Shown here piece after piece: positions 8,995 to 17,877 of a stretch of DNA of 29,792 bases. The position numbers were made by a program, and so were the translations under genes. The notes below the pieces were generated by a model. The model saw only the letters and a list, made by a program, of their open reading frames with translations. It was not told the origin of the DNA and ran no database searches. The stretch is from a virus (Duplodnaviria; Caudoviricetes), in the IMG/VR virus record IMGVR_UViG_3300048575_000390, positions 1 through 29,792 of that record; one strand, given 5' to 3'. Each line of letters begins with the position of its first letter. Within the stretch, counting starts at the first letter, position 1.

Positions 8995-10362
8995 TTACCC
9001 CATAGGATATTGATAGGTGCCGTACCCTGACGCGGTCAGGTAGTTTTTGACGCCGCTGTTGAGCGAGTTCGCAACACCGGACAGGGCGTTGTTCTCGCCA
9101 GATGCGGCCGCGCTATTGGTGCTGGCGATGGTCTGGTTCTGGCCCGTGTCCAGGCTGATGAGGTTGTTGGCCGTGTTGCCCCACAGCGAGTTGATGAGCT
9201 GCGACAGGGCGTTGTACTGGTTGGCCGCCGTCGACGAGAGGCCGGAGATCGTGGAGCCCGTGTTGAGCATGGCGTTCGCGCTGGCTTGCCCCACGTTGGC
9301 CTGGCCGGACGCCGAGGTCATGCCGAGATTGGCCAGGGCGTTGTAAAGCGTGGACTGCCCGGCTGCCGTGTTGGCCCCGAGGTTCGCCAGCGCGTTGTAG
9401 GCGCTGGACTGGTTCGCGGCCGTAGTGGTGTCCACGCCGGCCTGCGTCGAGTAGAGGGAACCCTTGCCGGCCGCCGTTGCCGTGCCCAGGTTTGCGAGGG
9501 AATTGTAGAGCGCACCCTTGCCGGCCGCCGTCTGCATCCCGGCGCTGTTGACCTGGGAGGTAGCCGTCTGGCCCACATCAATAGCTGTCTTGTACCGGCC
9601 CAGGATGTCGTCCAGCTTGGTGGACGCGTAGTCCTGGCCGTACTGGTCCACGGCCTTCTGCTGCGCCCCGGAGAGGACCAAGCCCTTGGACGCGGCCGAA
9701 CGGTCCAGGGCCTGGGTGCCCTGGGACAGGCCGAACTGATAGCCAGGGTCCGACGTGATGGACGACGGGTTGGTCAGGAGGCCGGAGTAGCCGGCAAGTC
9801 CCTGCTGTCCGAGGGCCATGTAATTGGCCTCGTCGGCCCGGACCTGATTGTACTTGTTGTCCCACTCGGACAGGCCGGAGTTGAGCGCGTTGGAGCCCTG
9901 GTTGTAGGCCGTGTTCCATCCGGCCAAACCGGAGTTGATGGCGTTTGTGGCGTCCGTCTTGCCCTGGGCCAGGGCTCCCAGGCCGGAGTTGATATAGCCC
10001 GTCCCCTGCGAGAGTGCGTTCCCCCACCCGGAAATGCCGGCGTTGAGCGCGTTCGCCCCGGAGTTGTAGGCTCCGGTGTAGTTGCCGGTGAGGCCGGACA
10101 GCGCGCCCTGTGCGCCCTCGCCGTACATGGCCATGGTGTTCATGCCATCGATGATGGCTTGCAGCGCGTTTCCGGTATTGGTCTGGAAGTCGCCGTAGGC
10201 GTTTTGAAAGCCGGTCATGAGGGCCTGACGGTCCATCATGGTGTTGTAGCTGGTGTCCGCCTGCGTCGATTGGGCGGCGTCGGACGAGTTGGATCCGCCG
10301 AGGAGCGAGGCCCCGGCACCGGCCAACGAAGCGCCGGCAGAAATTGCGGTCTCGAGACCCAT
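8995..10362 (-). CDS. Ejection (DNA transfer) protein, gp7-like (455 aa)
   Basis: Hydrophobic Gly/Ala N-terminus and DPGYQFGLSQGTQALDRSAASKG..SGA..YGQDYAS core typical of podovirus DNA transfer proteins. Confidence 0.8.
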   Translation of the reverse strand: MGLETAISAGASLAGAGASLLGGSNSSDAAQSTQADTSYNTMMDRQALMTGFQNAYGDFQTNTGNALQAIIDGMNTMAMYGEGAQGALSGLTGNYTGAYNSGANALNAGISGWGNALSQGTGYINSGLGALAQGKTDATNAINSGLAGWNTAYNQGSNALNSGLSEWDNKYNQVRADEANYMALGQQGLAGYSGLLTNPSSITSDPGYQFGLSQGTQALDRSAASKGLVLSGAQQKAVDQYGQDYASTKLDDILGRYKTAIDVGQTATSQVNSAGMQTAAGKGALYNSLANLGTATAAGKGSLYSTQAGVDTTTAANQSSAYNALANLGANTAAGQSTLYNALANLGMTSASGQANVGQASANAMLNTGSTISGLSSTAANQYNALSQLINSLWGNTANNLISLDTGQNQTIASTNSAAASGENNALSGVANSLNSGVKNYLTASGYGTYQYPMG

Positions 10363-10823
10363 TACAGCCTCCCCACGCAGCAGGTTTCCATGGGAGTTAT
10401 CCCCCGCCGGGACAGCGCCCGGATCAGAGTCGCGTCATCGAAAAAGGTGTTGAAACGAAAGATTTGCGCCCCATGATCCCGAGCCCAGGTCCGCATGTGG
10501 TCGACCATGCGCAGAACCCAACGGCGTTTGGCGAGGCCAGACGAGGACGTCGGCCGCATGTGGCAGATCCATTCCGAGGCGACCGTTTGAGATCTGTCCA
10601 GCATGGACGGACCCAGACTGACGGCGCAGGCCCCCTCCACCCCATGTCCCAGGTCCACAATGGATAGATCGGCTCGGGGCGACTCCAGCAGGTCGAGGAG
10701 CGTTACGATCACGCCGTCCATGGTCATGGAGAGGCCATGGACGGACCATGGCATGTCGGCGTGGCACTCCAAAGAAAACGCCACCAGCCCGGCCAGGTCG
10801 TCATGTGTTGCCGGCCGGATCAT
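10362..10823 (-). CDS. GNAT-fold protein, P22 gp14 position (153 aa)
   Basis: Likely start MIRPATHDDL at 10823 (ATGA overlap); GNAT-like opening and WARDHGAQ motif. Confidence 0.7.
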   Translation of the reverse strand: MIRPATHDDLAGLVAFSLECHADMPWSVHGLSMTMDGVIVTLLDLLESPRADLSIVDLGHGVEGACAVSLGPSMLDRSQTVASEWICHMRPTSSSGLAKRRWVLRMVDHMRTWARDHGAQIFRFNTFFDDATLIRALSRRGITPMETCCVGRL

Positions 10824-11209
10824 GCGATCACCGCCCGGTCTGTGACGCGGCGCCAGGCCGTGCCGTCCGAGAAGGCTACCACCGGGCCGCCGGTCTCGTT
10901 GGTCACGTAGATAAGCTTCCCGGCCGCGCCGACCGCAGTCGGGGCCCCGGCCACGGTGTAGGACGGCAACGGCGGCCGGGCCTCCAGGGTGTCGAGGCGG
11001 GAATCCAGGGCGGCCAGCGCCGTGGCCGTGGTCGAACTGTCCCCGGCCAGGGTCTGCACGTCGGCGTCGATGGCCGTGGTCGGCCGGCCCAGGGCCTCGC
11101 CGATGCGCGAGTAGACCTCGCGAAACCATGCGGTCCACGGGGCGGTCATCTTGCCATTGGCGTCGATGGCCGGGGAAATGATGGGTGGAGCGTTCAGGGG
11201 CCTGCTCAT
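10820..11209 (-). CDS. Tail needle/plug-like protein (129 aa)
   Basis: ATGA overlaps on both sides; GKMTAPWTAWF N-terminus, short coiled coil, small C-terminal knob (FSDGTAWRRV); follows gp10. Confidence 0.6.
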   Translation of the reverse strand: MSRPLNAPPIISPAIDANGKMTAPWTAWFREVYSRIGEALGRPTTAIDADVQTLAGDSSTTATALAALDSRLDTLEARPPLPSYTVAGAPTAVGAAGKLIYVTNETGGPVVAFSDGTAWRRVTDRAVIA

Positions 11210-12609
11210 GGCCGGCCCTCCGCGACGTCACCGTAGGCGGCCAGGATGGAGACGCGCACGGGGTCGGTGACGCGCACCCGGTAGACGCGGCTGCGGGACT
11301 GACCAAGCCGGCGCCATTCGGCCCTGGTCCGGTAGGCACCCTGGCGGCCGAGACTGGCCGCGTGCTCTTGGCTCCAGGTACGACCGCCATCGTCAGACCA
11401 GGAAAGGAGCGCCTGCGGGTCCTGGCCCTGGCCGGACAGCGTACCCACGCCGGTCTCGAAGTCGATGCAGACCCGGCTATGGATGAGCCGCTTGTCCTCG
11501 CTGACGAGAGGGGCGGTCACGCGCATGCGCTCGATGGGCTGGCCGGCATCCGTGGCCGCGGCCGGGTCGATGCGGTAGAGCCGACCCGACGTGCCGTCGC
11601 CGACAATGTGGGCCTGCCCGAGGCGGGCGTGGCAGGTCGGCCGCCACCGGCCCATGCCCCAGGACGCGCGGCGGTGCCAGGCGTCCACGGCCGCGTCGTA
11701 GACCCACGTCACATCCTCGGACGGGAATGTCAGTACATAGAAGCCATGGCCGGCCTGGCTGTAATAGAAGCCCCGGGCATCATCCACGCGAGCGTACCCG
11801 GCAATGGCCGCCTCGATGGCCCGGGTGGAGATGATCTTGGGCGTGTAGCCGTCGGCCCGGACCACGGTACCGTCCGTGGACAGCCAGAACTGCGTGTTGT
11901 CTCCCCGGGCCACGGAGAACCGGGCCGCGCAACCGAGCTCGAGAAAAGCCCCGCCGACGCGGGACAGGGGAAAAGAACTGTCGCCAGAGTTGTACCAGAC
12001 CTCGGTGGTCCGCTCCCCAAACAGCCAAACCTCGCGGTGGTCCACCTGGATGGCCACCAGCTTATCGGGGTTGCCCTCAGCCGAGGCGAAATCAAGCGCG
12101 GACATGCTGCCGGCGTCATAGAGATCGGTCACCCAAAACTGACCGCTGTTCGGCGTGATGCCGAGCATGTAGCCATCCAGGTAGTCGACCTGGGCCGCGC
12201 CGGGCCAGTCGGCGTCCGTGATCTTGGCGAATGCGTTGGACGCCAGGGTGTAGGTGTAGCCATTGGGGTTGTCGGCCATAAAGACCTGCACGCCGTTGTC
12301 ACCCATGGAGACGGGCCCTGACGTCGTATCGAGCGTGCCCAGGCTGGTCACGACGCCGGACGGGGTTACCTTGGACAGCTTGTTGCCGCAGACGGCGTAG
12401 AGGTTGCCGTCCGAGGACGCCCACAGGCCGCGAGTCTCGCCGCCGGCCTCGTTGAGGGTGGCGAACTCCACAAGCCCGGGCGTCGAGAGGAGCGCGGCCG
12501 AAGTCTTGGACCCGGACCCGCCGACCTCCAGGTAGAGGTTAAGGGAGTCCTGGCAGGCCCAGGGACGGGACTGTGTCTGATAGGCCGGGCCGATGAAGGG
12601 GATGATCAC
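11206..12609 (-). CDS. Packaged DNA stabilization/tail hub protein, P22 gp10-like (467 aa)
   Basis: ALDFASAEGNPD, WLFGERTTEVWYNSG and LSWSDDGGRTWS..WRRLG motifs. Confidence 0.9.
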   Translation of the reverse strand: MIIPFIGPAYQTQSRPWACQDSLNLYLEVGGSGSKTSAALLSTPGLVEFATLNEAGGETRGLWASSDGNLYAVCGNKLSKVTPSGVVTSLGTLDTTSGPVSMGDNGVQVFMADNPNGYTYTLASNAFAKITDADWPGAAQVDYLDGYMLGITPNSGQFWVTDLYDAGSMSALDFASAEGNPDKLVAIQVDHREVWLFGERTTEVWYNSGDSSFPLSRVGGAFLELGCAARFSVARGDNTQFWLSTDGTVVRADGYTPKIISTRAIEAAIAGYARVDDARGFYYSQAGHGFYVLTFPSEDVTWVYDAAVDAWHRRASWGMGRWRPTCHARLGQAHIVGDGTSGRLYRIDPAAATDAGQPIERMRVTAPLVSEDKRLIHSRVCIDFETGVGTLSGQGQDPQALLSWSDDGGRTWSQEHAASLGRQGAYRTRAEWRRLGQSRSRVYRVRVTDPVRVSILAAYGDVAEGRP

Positions 12610-13301
12610 CAGCCACCTCGCAGGATCGTCATGGAATCCGTGCCCACGGCGGCGACATGGCGCTGTGTGACGCCCATGATCCCGGAGTACAGCGTGGCCA
12701 CGGGCTGGGCATTGAGCCCCCGCAGCAGATCCAGGGAGGTGGACGCCATGGCCGACACCTCGGCCCCAACCGACGTGCCGTATTCCGGGGCCAAGCGGAT
12801 GGCGAGGTTGGCGGCCAAGGCCTCGCGGTATTCGCCGGGCAACTCAATTTCGGTGTCCAGGGTCGGAACCTGCGCCAGGGGGTCCCAGCGCTGCAGCGTC
12901 AGGAAGTAGGACCGGTCCGGCACGGGGTAGAGGCAAACGGACGCCACGGGATAGACCCCATCACAGAAGAGGGACGACGGCAGGCCCGTGAGACCCTTGT
13001 TGGCGATGCCCAGGTAGTCGGCCTGGCTGATGAGCGTCACGGGCCGGTCGCTGGCCCCGTCGTTGATCCAGGCCCCGACGATCCGCACCGGCCGGGTGGC
13101 TAGGGCCACGGGCGAGGCCGAGACAGTCAGTGTCTCCACCGTCTTGACGGGCACGATGAGGTTCGACGCCGACCAGGACGCCAACATGTCGTTGAGCGCT
13201 TCCAGGGCGTCGACCGCTTCGGCCGCCCCGGCCGTCTCGCCGGCGGCCAGGACCTGGATGAGCCGCAGGGCGCGGGATATGATGGTGCGGGCCGTGGCCA
13301 T
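12606..13301 (-). CDS. Head-tail adaptor, P22 gp4-like (231 aa)
   Basis: TARTIISRALRLI..DALEALNDMLASW and LAANLAIRLAPEYG motifs. Confidence 0.85.
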   Translation of the reverse strand: MATARTIISRALRLIQVLAAGETAGAAEAVDALEALNDMLASWSASNLIVPVKTVETLTVSASPVALATRPVRIVGAWINDGASDRPVTLISQADYLGIANKGLTGLPSSLFCDGVYPVASVCLYPVPDRSYFLTLQRWDPLAQVPTLDTEIELPGEYREALAANLAIRLAPEYGTSVGAEVSAMASTSLDLLRGLNAQPVATLYSGIMGVTQRHVAAVGTDSMTILRGGW

Positions 13302-13310
13302 GATGATCTC

Positions 13311-13628
13311 CTACGGCAGGGCCGGCGCCTGTGCGGCCAGAGCTTCGGCCACCTTGGCCTGGAGCGTGTCCAGGCGGATTTTCACGAACTGGATGCCCAG
13401 GCCCCGGGCGTAGGCCTTGAGATCGTCCAGGCCCATGGCCGCAATCTCGGGCGGCAGTCCGGTCGGAGCCGCGCTGTTCTCATTGTCGGGTTCGGCTACG
13501 GCCTCGATCTTGGCCGGGCTGTCCACCCATCCGGCGGCGAGGGCCGCATCGTATACGCCCTGCTCGTAGAAAATCCGGGGTTCATGCTCGGCGTGGTAGA
13601 GCCAGCCGGGAAGCTTTTTGACGTCCAT
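13311..13628 (-). CDS. Small virion-associated protein after the coat gene (105 aa)
   Basis: GGAGG RBS before ATG 13628; WLYH..GWVDSP N-terminus and short helical C-terminal domain. Confidence 0.65.
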   Translation of the reverse strand: MDVKKLPGWLYHAEHEPRIFYEQGVYDAALAAGWVDSPAKIEAVAEPDNENSAAPTGLPPEIAAMGLDDLKAYARGLGIQFVKIRLDTLQAKVAEALAAQAPALP

Positions 13629-13677
13629 GTGATCCTCCACGGGAGGAGCCGCAGCCCCTCCCTGTTCTTCGAATGGG

Positions 13678-14889
13678 CTAGCCCCAGACGCGGCAGGCCA
13701 TTTCGGGCCGGATGCACTTGAAGCCGTACATGACGTCGAACCTCACCGGGACCGACCGATCGGAGATGTCGAAGCCACGAACGTAGGACATCCGGATGCC
13801 CTCGTAGGTCTCGGCGTGGTATTCGCAAGACCCCTTCGGGGGCTCTTCCATGTCCACGGTCGCCAGCGTGAAGGCTTCCTTATGGTAGGCCAGATTCTGC
13901 GGATAGGCGGTCGAGGCCGTTCCGATGACGGTGATTTCCGCGCCGTCGGCCGGGGCGGCGGTTACGTTCTGGTAGGCGCCGCTGATGACGATGGCCGGGG
14001 CGATGGCCACGGCGGCCTTGCCGTCCGCGCCGGAAGACTTGTCGGCGGTGACCACGAACTGTTGCAGCTTGCCCGTGGTCTGCTTGGACATGACGTTGAC
14101 CTGGTAGACCCCGGCGACGGTGAAGACGTCGCCCTTTTTGAGTCGGGCGGCAGCCGCGGCGGTCCATTCCTTGGTGTTCAGGGTCGCGCCGACCTGATCG
14201 GCGCCGTCGACCAGCGGTGTGCCACCCAGGGGGCCGACCGTGTGCACGCACAGGTTCTGGTCCATGACGATGGAGTCGAAGCCGAGAACGTTCTTCCCCA
14301 TCTCGCCGCGCTTGAACTGGTCGCTGATGGCCCCCTGCGGATTGAAGAACCCGCTCATGCCGTTGACCAGGGCGGCCATGCCGGCAGGGTTGACGACCAT
14401 GGAACGGCCATCACGGGGGACGCTGTAGTCATCCAACTTTTCCCCGGCGGCCAGGATGGCGGCGGCGGTGGCCGGCGTGGTCCCGGGCGTTCCGACCGAG
14501 GGGAAGACGTCACGGGTCATGCCCAGGCACATGAGATCAAGCTTGTTAGCCATGGTGGCCATGGCCGGCTTGAGGACGCGACTGCTGAAATCGTCCATTT
14601 TGAGGGTCATGTCCCAGGCCGAAAAGGTAAGGTCGATGCCCACCACGTCCAGAATGGCGAACGGCGTCTTGCGCTCGGTGTAGTCCTGGGCGCTGCGGGT
14701 CATGCCCTGGCGGGTGGTGAACTGGTTGGGCAGACGGATATCGACGGTGTCGCCGATCTTTTTTCCGGCCTGGGCGAAACGGTTGTCATACGAACGGTCG
14801 ATGGTGCGGACGAAAGCGAGGTTGTTCACCAGCAGGCGCAACGCCTCCTTGGTGATCTCCTGCGGGGTCAGATGGGTATTCGTGGGCAT
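13678..14889 (-). CDS. Major capsid protein, P22 gp5 family (403 aa)
   Basis: ITKEALRLLVNNL..KIGDTVDIRLP..RFDVMYG..RPEMACRV. Confidence 0.95.
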   Translation of the reverse strand: MPTNTHLTPQEITKEALRLLVNNLAFVRTIDRSYDNRFAQAGKKIGDTVDIRLPNQFTTRQGMTRSAQDYTERKTPFAILDVVGIDLTFSAWDMTLKMDDFSSRVLKPAMATMANKLDLMCLGMTRDVFPSVGTPGTTPATAAAILAAGEKLDDYSVPRDGRSMVVNPAGMAALVNGMSGFFNPQGAISDQFKRGEMGKNVLGFDSIVMDQNLCVHTVGPLGGTPLVDGADQVGATLNTKEWTAAAAARLKKGDVFTVAGVYQVNVMSKQTTGKLQQFVVTADKSSGADGKAAVAIAPAIVISGAYQNVTAAPADGAEITVIGTASTAYPQNLAYHKEAFTLATVDMEEPPKGSCEYHAETYEGIRMSYVRGFDISDRSVPVRFDVMYGFKCIRPEMACRVWG

Positions 14890-14904
14890 GGGGATTGTTC
14901 CTTA

Positions 14905-15783
14905 TTAGCGCCGTGCGCGTTCCTGCTTATCGCGGTAGGCGGCGTACTCATCCATGGTCATCTTGGACGGATCCTTGACCGAGGAGGCACGCGCCCCCGA
15001 AACGGGCTTGATCGGCGGCGTGGCTTTGCTGACGGTTTTCTTGCCGGCGGCCTGGATGCGCTCGGCCAGCCGGCCGATCTCCATGATCTGCCGGGCCGGG
15101 GGCAACGCGGCGATGCGCGCGGCCTCATCCGGCTTCTTCCCCAGGTAGTAGGCGATCTCCGGTCCGGACTTGTCTTCCAAGGACAGGGCTTCGGCCATGA
15201 TCGGCGTGATTCGCGCATGGTCGCCCAGGGCCACCTCGTCGAAGTCGTCGAACTTGGCCCGGCCGTCCTCGACCAACTTGGCTTGGCGCTGCTGGCTCTC
15301 CTGCGCTGCCCGGGCCTGGGCGGTCTGCTGCTGCGCGGACTGCTGCCGGGCCTGCTCGGCCTTGATCTCGGCGCGAACCTGTTGCCGAGCCTCATAGCCG
15401 ACCATGGCGCGCTGGTACGCGCCGTAGTCCTGGAAGTCGGACTCCTTGGGGGCCTGTTCCTCGGGAGTGGCCTCGGCCTGGGGTGGGGCCTGACGCTCGG
15501 CCCTGGCCTGCTGGCTTTCGAGGATCATCCGACGCAAGGCGGCGTTCTCGGCCTCGGCCGCCCGCCGGGCACGCGTGATCTCGTTGATCCGTTTTTGAAC
15601 GGGGTTGTCCTTGGCCGCCGGCTTGTCGCCTTCGGTTTCGGACTCCTGCTCTTCGCCGTTCTCCTGGGCGTCCTGGGCCTCATCCTCCGGGGCCGACGTC
15701 TCCCCGTGCTGCTCGTCGGTTTCCGCCGGTTCGGCCCCGGCGTCGGCGCTGTGGGTGTCGAAAACTTCAGTGTCGTCGCTCAT
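14905..15783 (-). CDS. Scaffolding protein (292 aa)
   Basis: Acidic N-terminus, VQKRINEITRARR coil, GPEIAYYLG, C-terminal KMTMDEYAAYR; AAGGAG RBS. Confidence 0.9.
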   Translation of the reverse strand: MSDDTEVFDTHSADAGAEPAETDEQHGETSAPEDEAQDAQENGEEQESETEGDKPAAKDNPVQKRINEITRARRAAEAENAALRRMILESQQARAERQAPPQAEATPEEQAPKESDFQDYGAYQRAMVGYEARQQVRAEIKAEQARQQSAQQQTAQARAAQESQQRQAKLVEDGRAKFDDFDEVALGDHARITPIMAEALSLEDKSGPEIAYYLGKKPDEAARIAALPPARQIMEIGRLAERIQAAGKKTVSKATPPIKPVSGARASSVKDPSKMTMDEYAAYRDKQERARR

Positions 15784-15804
15784 GATCTCGCTCCTTGGCG
15801 TATT

Positions 15805-17877
15805 TTACCCGGCATACGGCCCGGCCGGTTCGGGCATGAAAGGCATCGTCCCATTCTCGAATTGCTTCGTGGCGACGGTTGGCCGGGTGACGGCCACGCC
15901 AGGAGGCAACCTGGGTTGGGCTGATTGTAGGGACGCGACCTGCTGCACCGCTTTGGCGTGCTTGACGGCCACGTCCATGGCCTTGCCCTGCAGGTCCATG
16001 TGGGCCTTTTTGACCTCGGCGTCGGCGGCCACGGCCCGGGCCTGCAACTCAAGCTGCTCGGCCTGCACGCGGGGGTCGGGCCCGTGCTGCTGTTGCTGGG
16101 CGGCCTGGGCCTGCTGCAGTTCGGCCATGGCCTGGGGGTTGCCGGCGGCGCGGATCTGCGGCGGCAGGGAGGCGTTCAGGCGTTCGGCGACCTCTTCCGC
16201 CTTGGGCCAGTCCATGGACGCGGCCACGAGGTCGGCGATCAGCGGGGCTCCATTCGGGTAGGCCTGCATGAATTGGATCATGCTGTTGGCCGCCTCGATG
16301 CGCTGGGTAGCGTAGGAGGGGCCGGCCGAAACCGTGACGTCGTATTTGCCCACGGTCAGGTCATGCAGCACCACGTCACCGATCCGGCGATTGACCATTA
16401 CCTGTCGCTCGGACCCATCCACGCCGAGAACGCGGACGATACGCTCCGAGTCGTAGACGCGTGGGATGCAGTCGATCAGGACCTTGCCGAGCAAGCGGAT
16501 GGCCCGGGTCAGATTGTCGAGGTACGTGAAGGTGGCGGTATCGCTCTCGCGCTGCCGGGCCAGGATGGCCTTGCCGCTCGTCTCGTTGGACTTCTGGCCG
16601 AGGCTGGCGTCGTAGATGCCGATCACAGACTTGATCTCGTCCACGGCCTGCAGACTAGAATTTGTGAGCGCCGAGTTTGGAGACGGGGGGGCGACTCGTT
16701 CCGGCTTCTGGCTGGCGGCGGTTTGGTCCGGATTGTAGGGCAGATAGGAAAATGACCGGTTGTTGGCCTGGCTCCACATCGCCTCGAAGCCTTCGAACAT
16801 GCGCTTGGTGCCGATCCACGGTGCTTTCGGCGCCAGGGCTATGGTTTCGATTTCCTTCGTGCGGGTGAAGTTGTAGGCCTGTTGCGGATCCCTGGCGTAG
16901 CGGACCAGCCCCCACTGGTGGAGCTCTCCCTCGATATTGAGCTCAAACCCGGCCACGGGGATCACGGGGATGAAACGCGCCCCCTTGAGGTATTCGCGTG
17001 GCCCGTCCAGGACCTCGCCGCCGGTCATCTTGGCCCACAGGATCTTGTGCGAGTCCACCACGCGCCGGATGGGCTGGCCATCGGCGTCCTCGGCCACGAT
17101 GGCGAAAGGATCTTCCGCCTGGATGCCCTCCAGGTCGTCCTCGGCCACCACCCGGCCGTCGAGCAACTGCACGATGGTCCGCTTGACCGGCTCCCGCCAA
17201 TAGGCCTCGACCACCCGCACGGTTTCGACGGACTGGTCCTTGCGCGAGTCGGCATTGCTGGCCGACTCCCATTCGCAGGGCTCGTGCCCCGGGTACTCGG
17301 CCTCGAAGCGTTCCTTCGGGATGTCGTCGATGACGTAACAGTATTCGGCGTCGGAGTAGTCCGGCTCCTGGCAATTGGGGTCGAAAAAAACGGTGAAGGG
17401 ATTCAGGACCTGCTTGATCTTGAGGTCCTGGTGAAATGTGTCTTCCCCGGCGTACTCGGCCACCACGCGGAGGAAGCCCCGATGCCCACAGATGACCGGG
17501 AACTCAAAGGCCCTGTCATAGGCCACATCGGCCATGCTGATGGTCTCGATGTTGCGGATGAGCCCTTCCAGGATCTCGGCCGTCTGCTTGTCGGCCCCGG
17601 AGTCAACCGGGCTGACCTTGATGGCCGGTCGGTTCTGCCGCTCATCACCCACAACGGTGGCCACGAACTGCGGCAAGCGGTTGATGATGAGGCACGGAAG
17701 CCCCTCGGCCTCGCGCTGCCGGCGCACCTCCGCCGGCCACTGCGTCTCGCCGATGAAAAAGCGAAGGTCATCGGACGCGGCCTGGCGCTGCTTGCTCCAC
17801 GCGCTGGCGATGTCCCGGAAATGCTCCTGGTGCTCGGCAATGAGCTCGGCGTCGGTCCGGGGCTTGTCGTCCGCCAT
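15805..17877 (-). CDS. Portal protein, P22-like (690 aa)
   Basis: QWP..PCLIINRL..GDERQNRP, RDPQQAYN, SGKAILARQ, GKYDVTVSAGPSYATQR. Confidence 0.96.
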   Translation of the reverse strand: MADDKPRTDAELIAEHQEHFRDIASAWSKQRQAASDDLRFFIGETQWPAEVRRQREAEGLPCLIINRLPQFVATVVGDERQNRPAIKVSPVDSGADKQTAEILEGLIRNIETISMADVAYDRAFEFPVICGHRGFLRVVAEYAGEDTFHQDLKIKQVLNPFTVFFDPNCQEPDYSDAEYCYVIDDIPKERFEAEYPGHEPCEWESASNADSRKDQSVETVRVVEAYWREPVKRTIVQLLDGRVVAEDDLEGIQAEDPFAIVAEDADGQPIRRVVDSHKILWAKMTGGEVLDGPREYLKGARFIPVIPVAGFELNIEGELHQWGLVRYARDPQQAYNFTRTKEIETIALAPKAPWIGTKRMFEGFEAMWSQANNRSFSYLPYNPDQTAASQKPERVAPPSPNSALTNSSLQAVDEIKSVIGIYDASLGQKSNETSGKAILARQRESDTATFTYLDNLTRAIRLLGKVLIDCIPRVYDSERIVRVLGVDGSERQVMVNRRIGDVVLHDLTVGKYDVTVSAGPSYATQRIEAANSMIQFMQAYPNGAPLIADLVAASMDWPKAEEVAERLNASLPPQIRAAGNPQAMAELQQAQAAQQQQHGPDPRVQAEQLELQARAVAADAEVKKAHMDLQGKAMDVAVKHAKAVQQVASLQSAQPRLPPGVAVTRPTVATKQFENGTMPFMPEPAGPYAG

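Noticed and set aside
10824-11390. N-terminal extension of the 342-aa GNAT ORF
   Set aside because: Overlaps two real genes; ATGA coupling supports the start at 10823.
13311-13742. Possible +1 frameshift fusing the coat to the downstream gene
   Set aside because: The frame is open but there is no slippery site at TGG GGC TAG, and the downstream gene has its own strong RBS.
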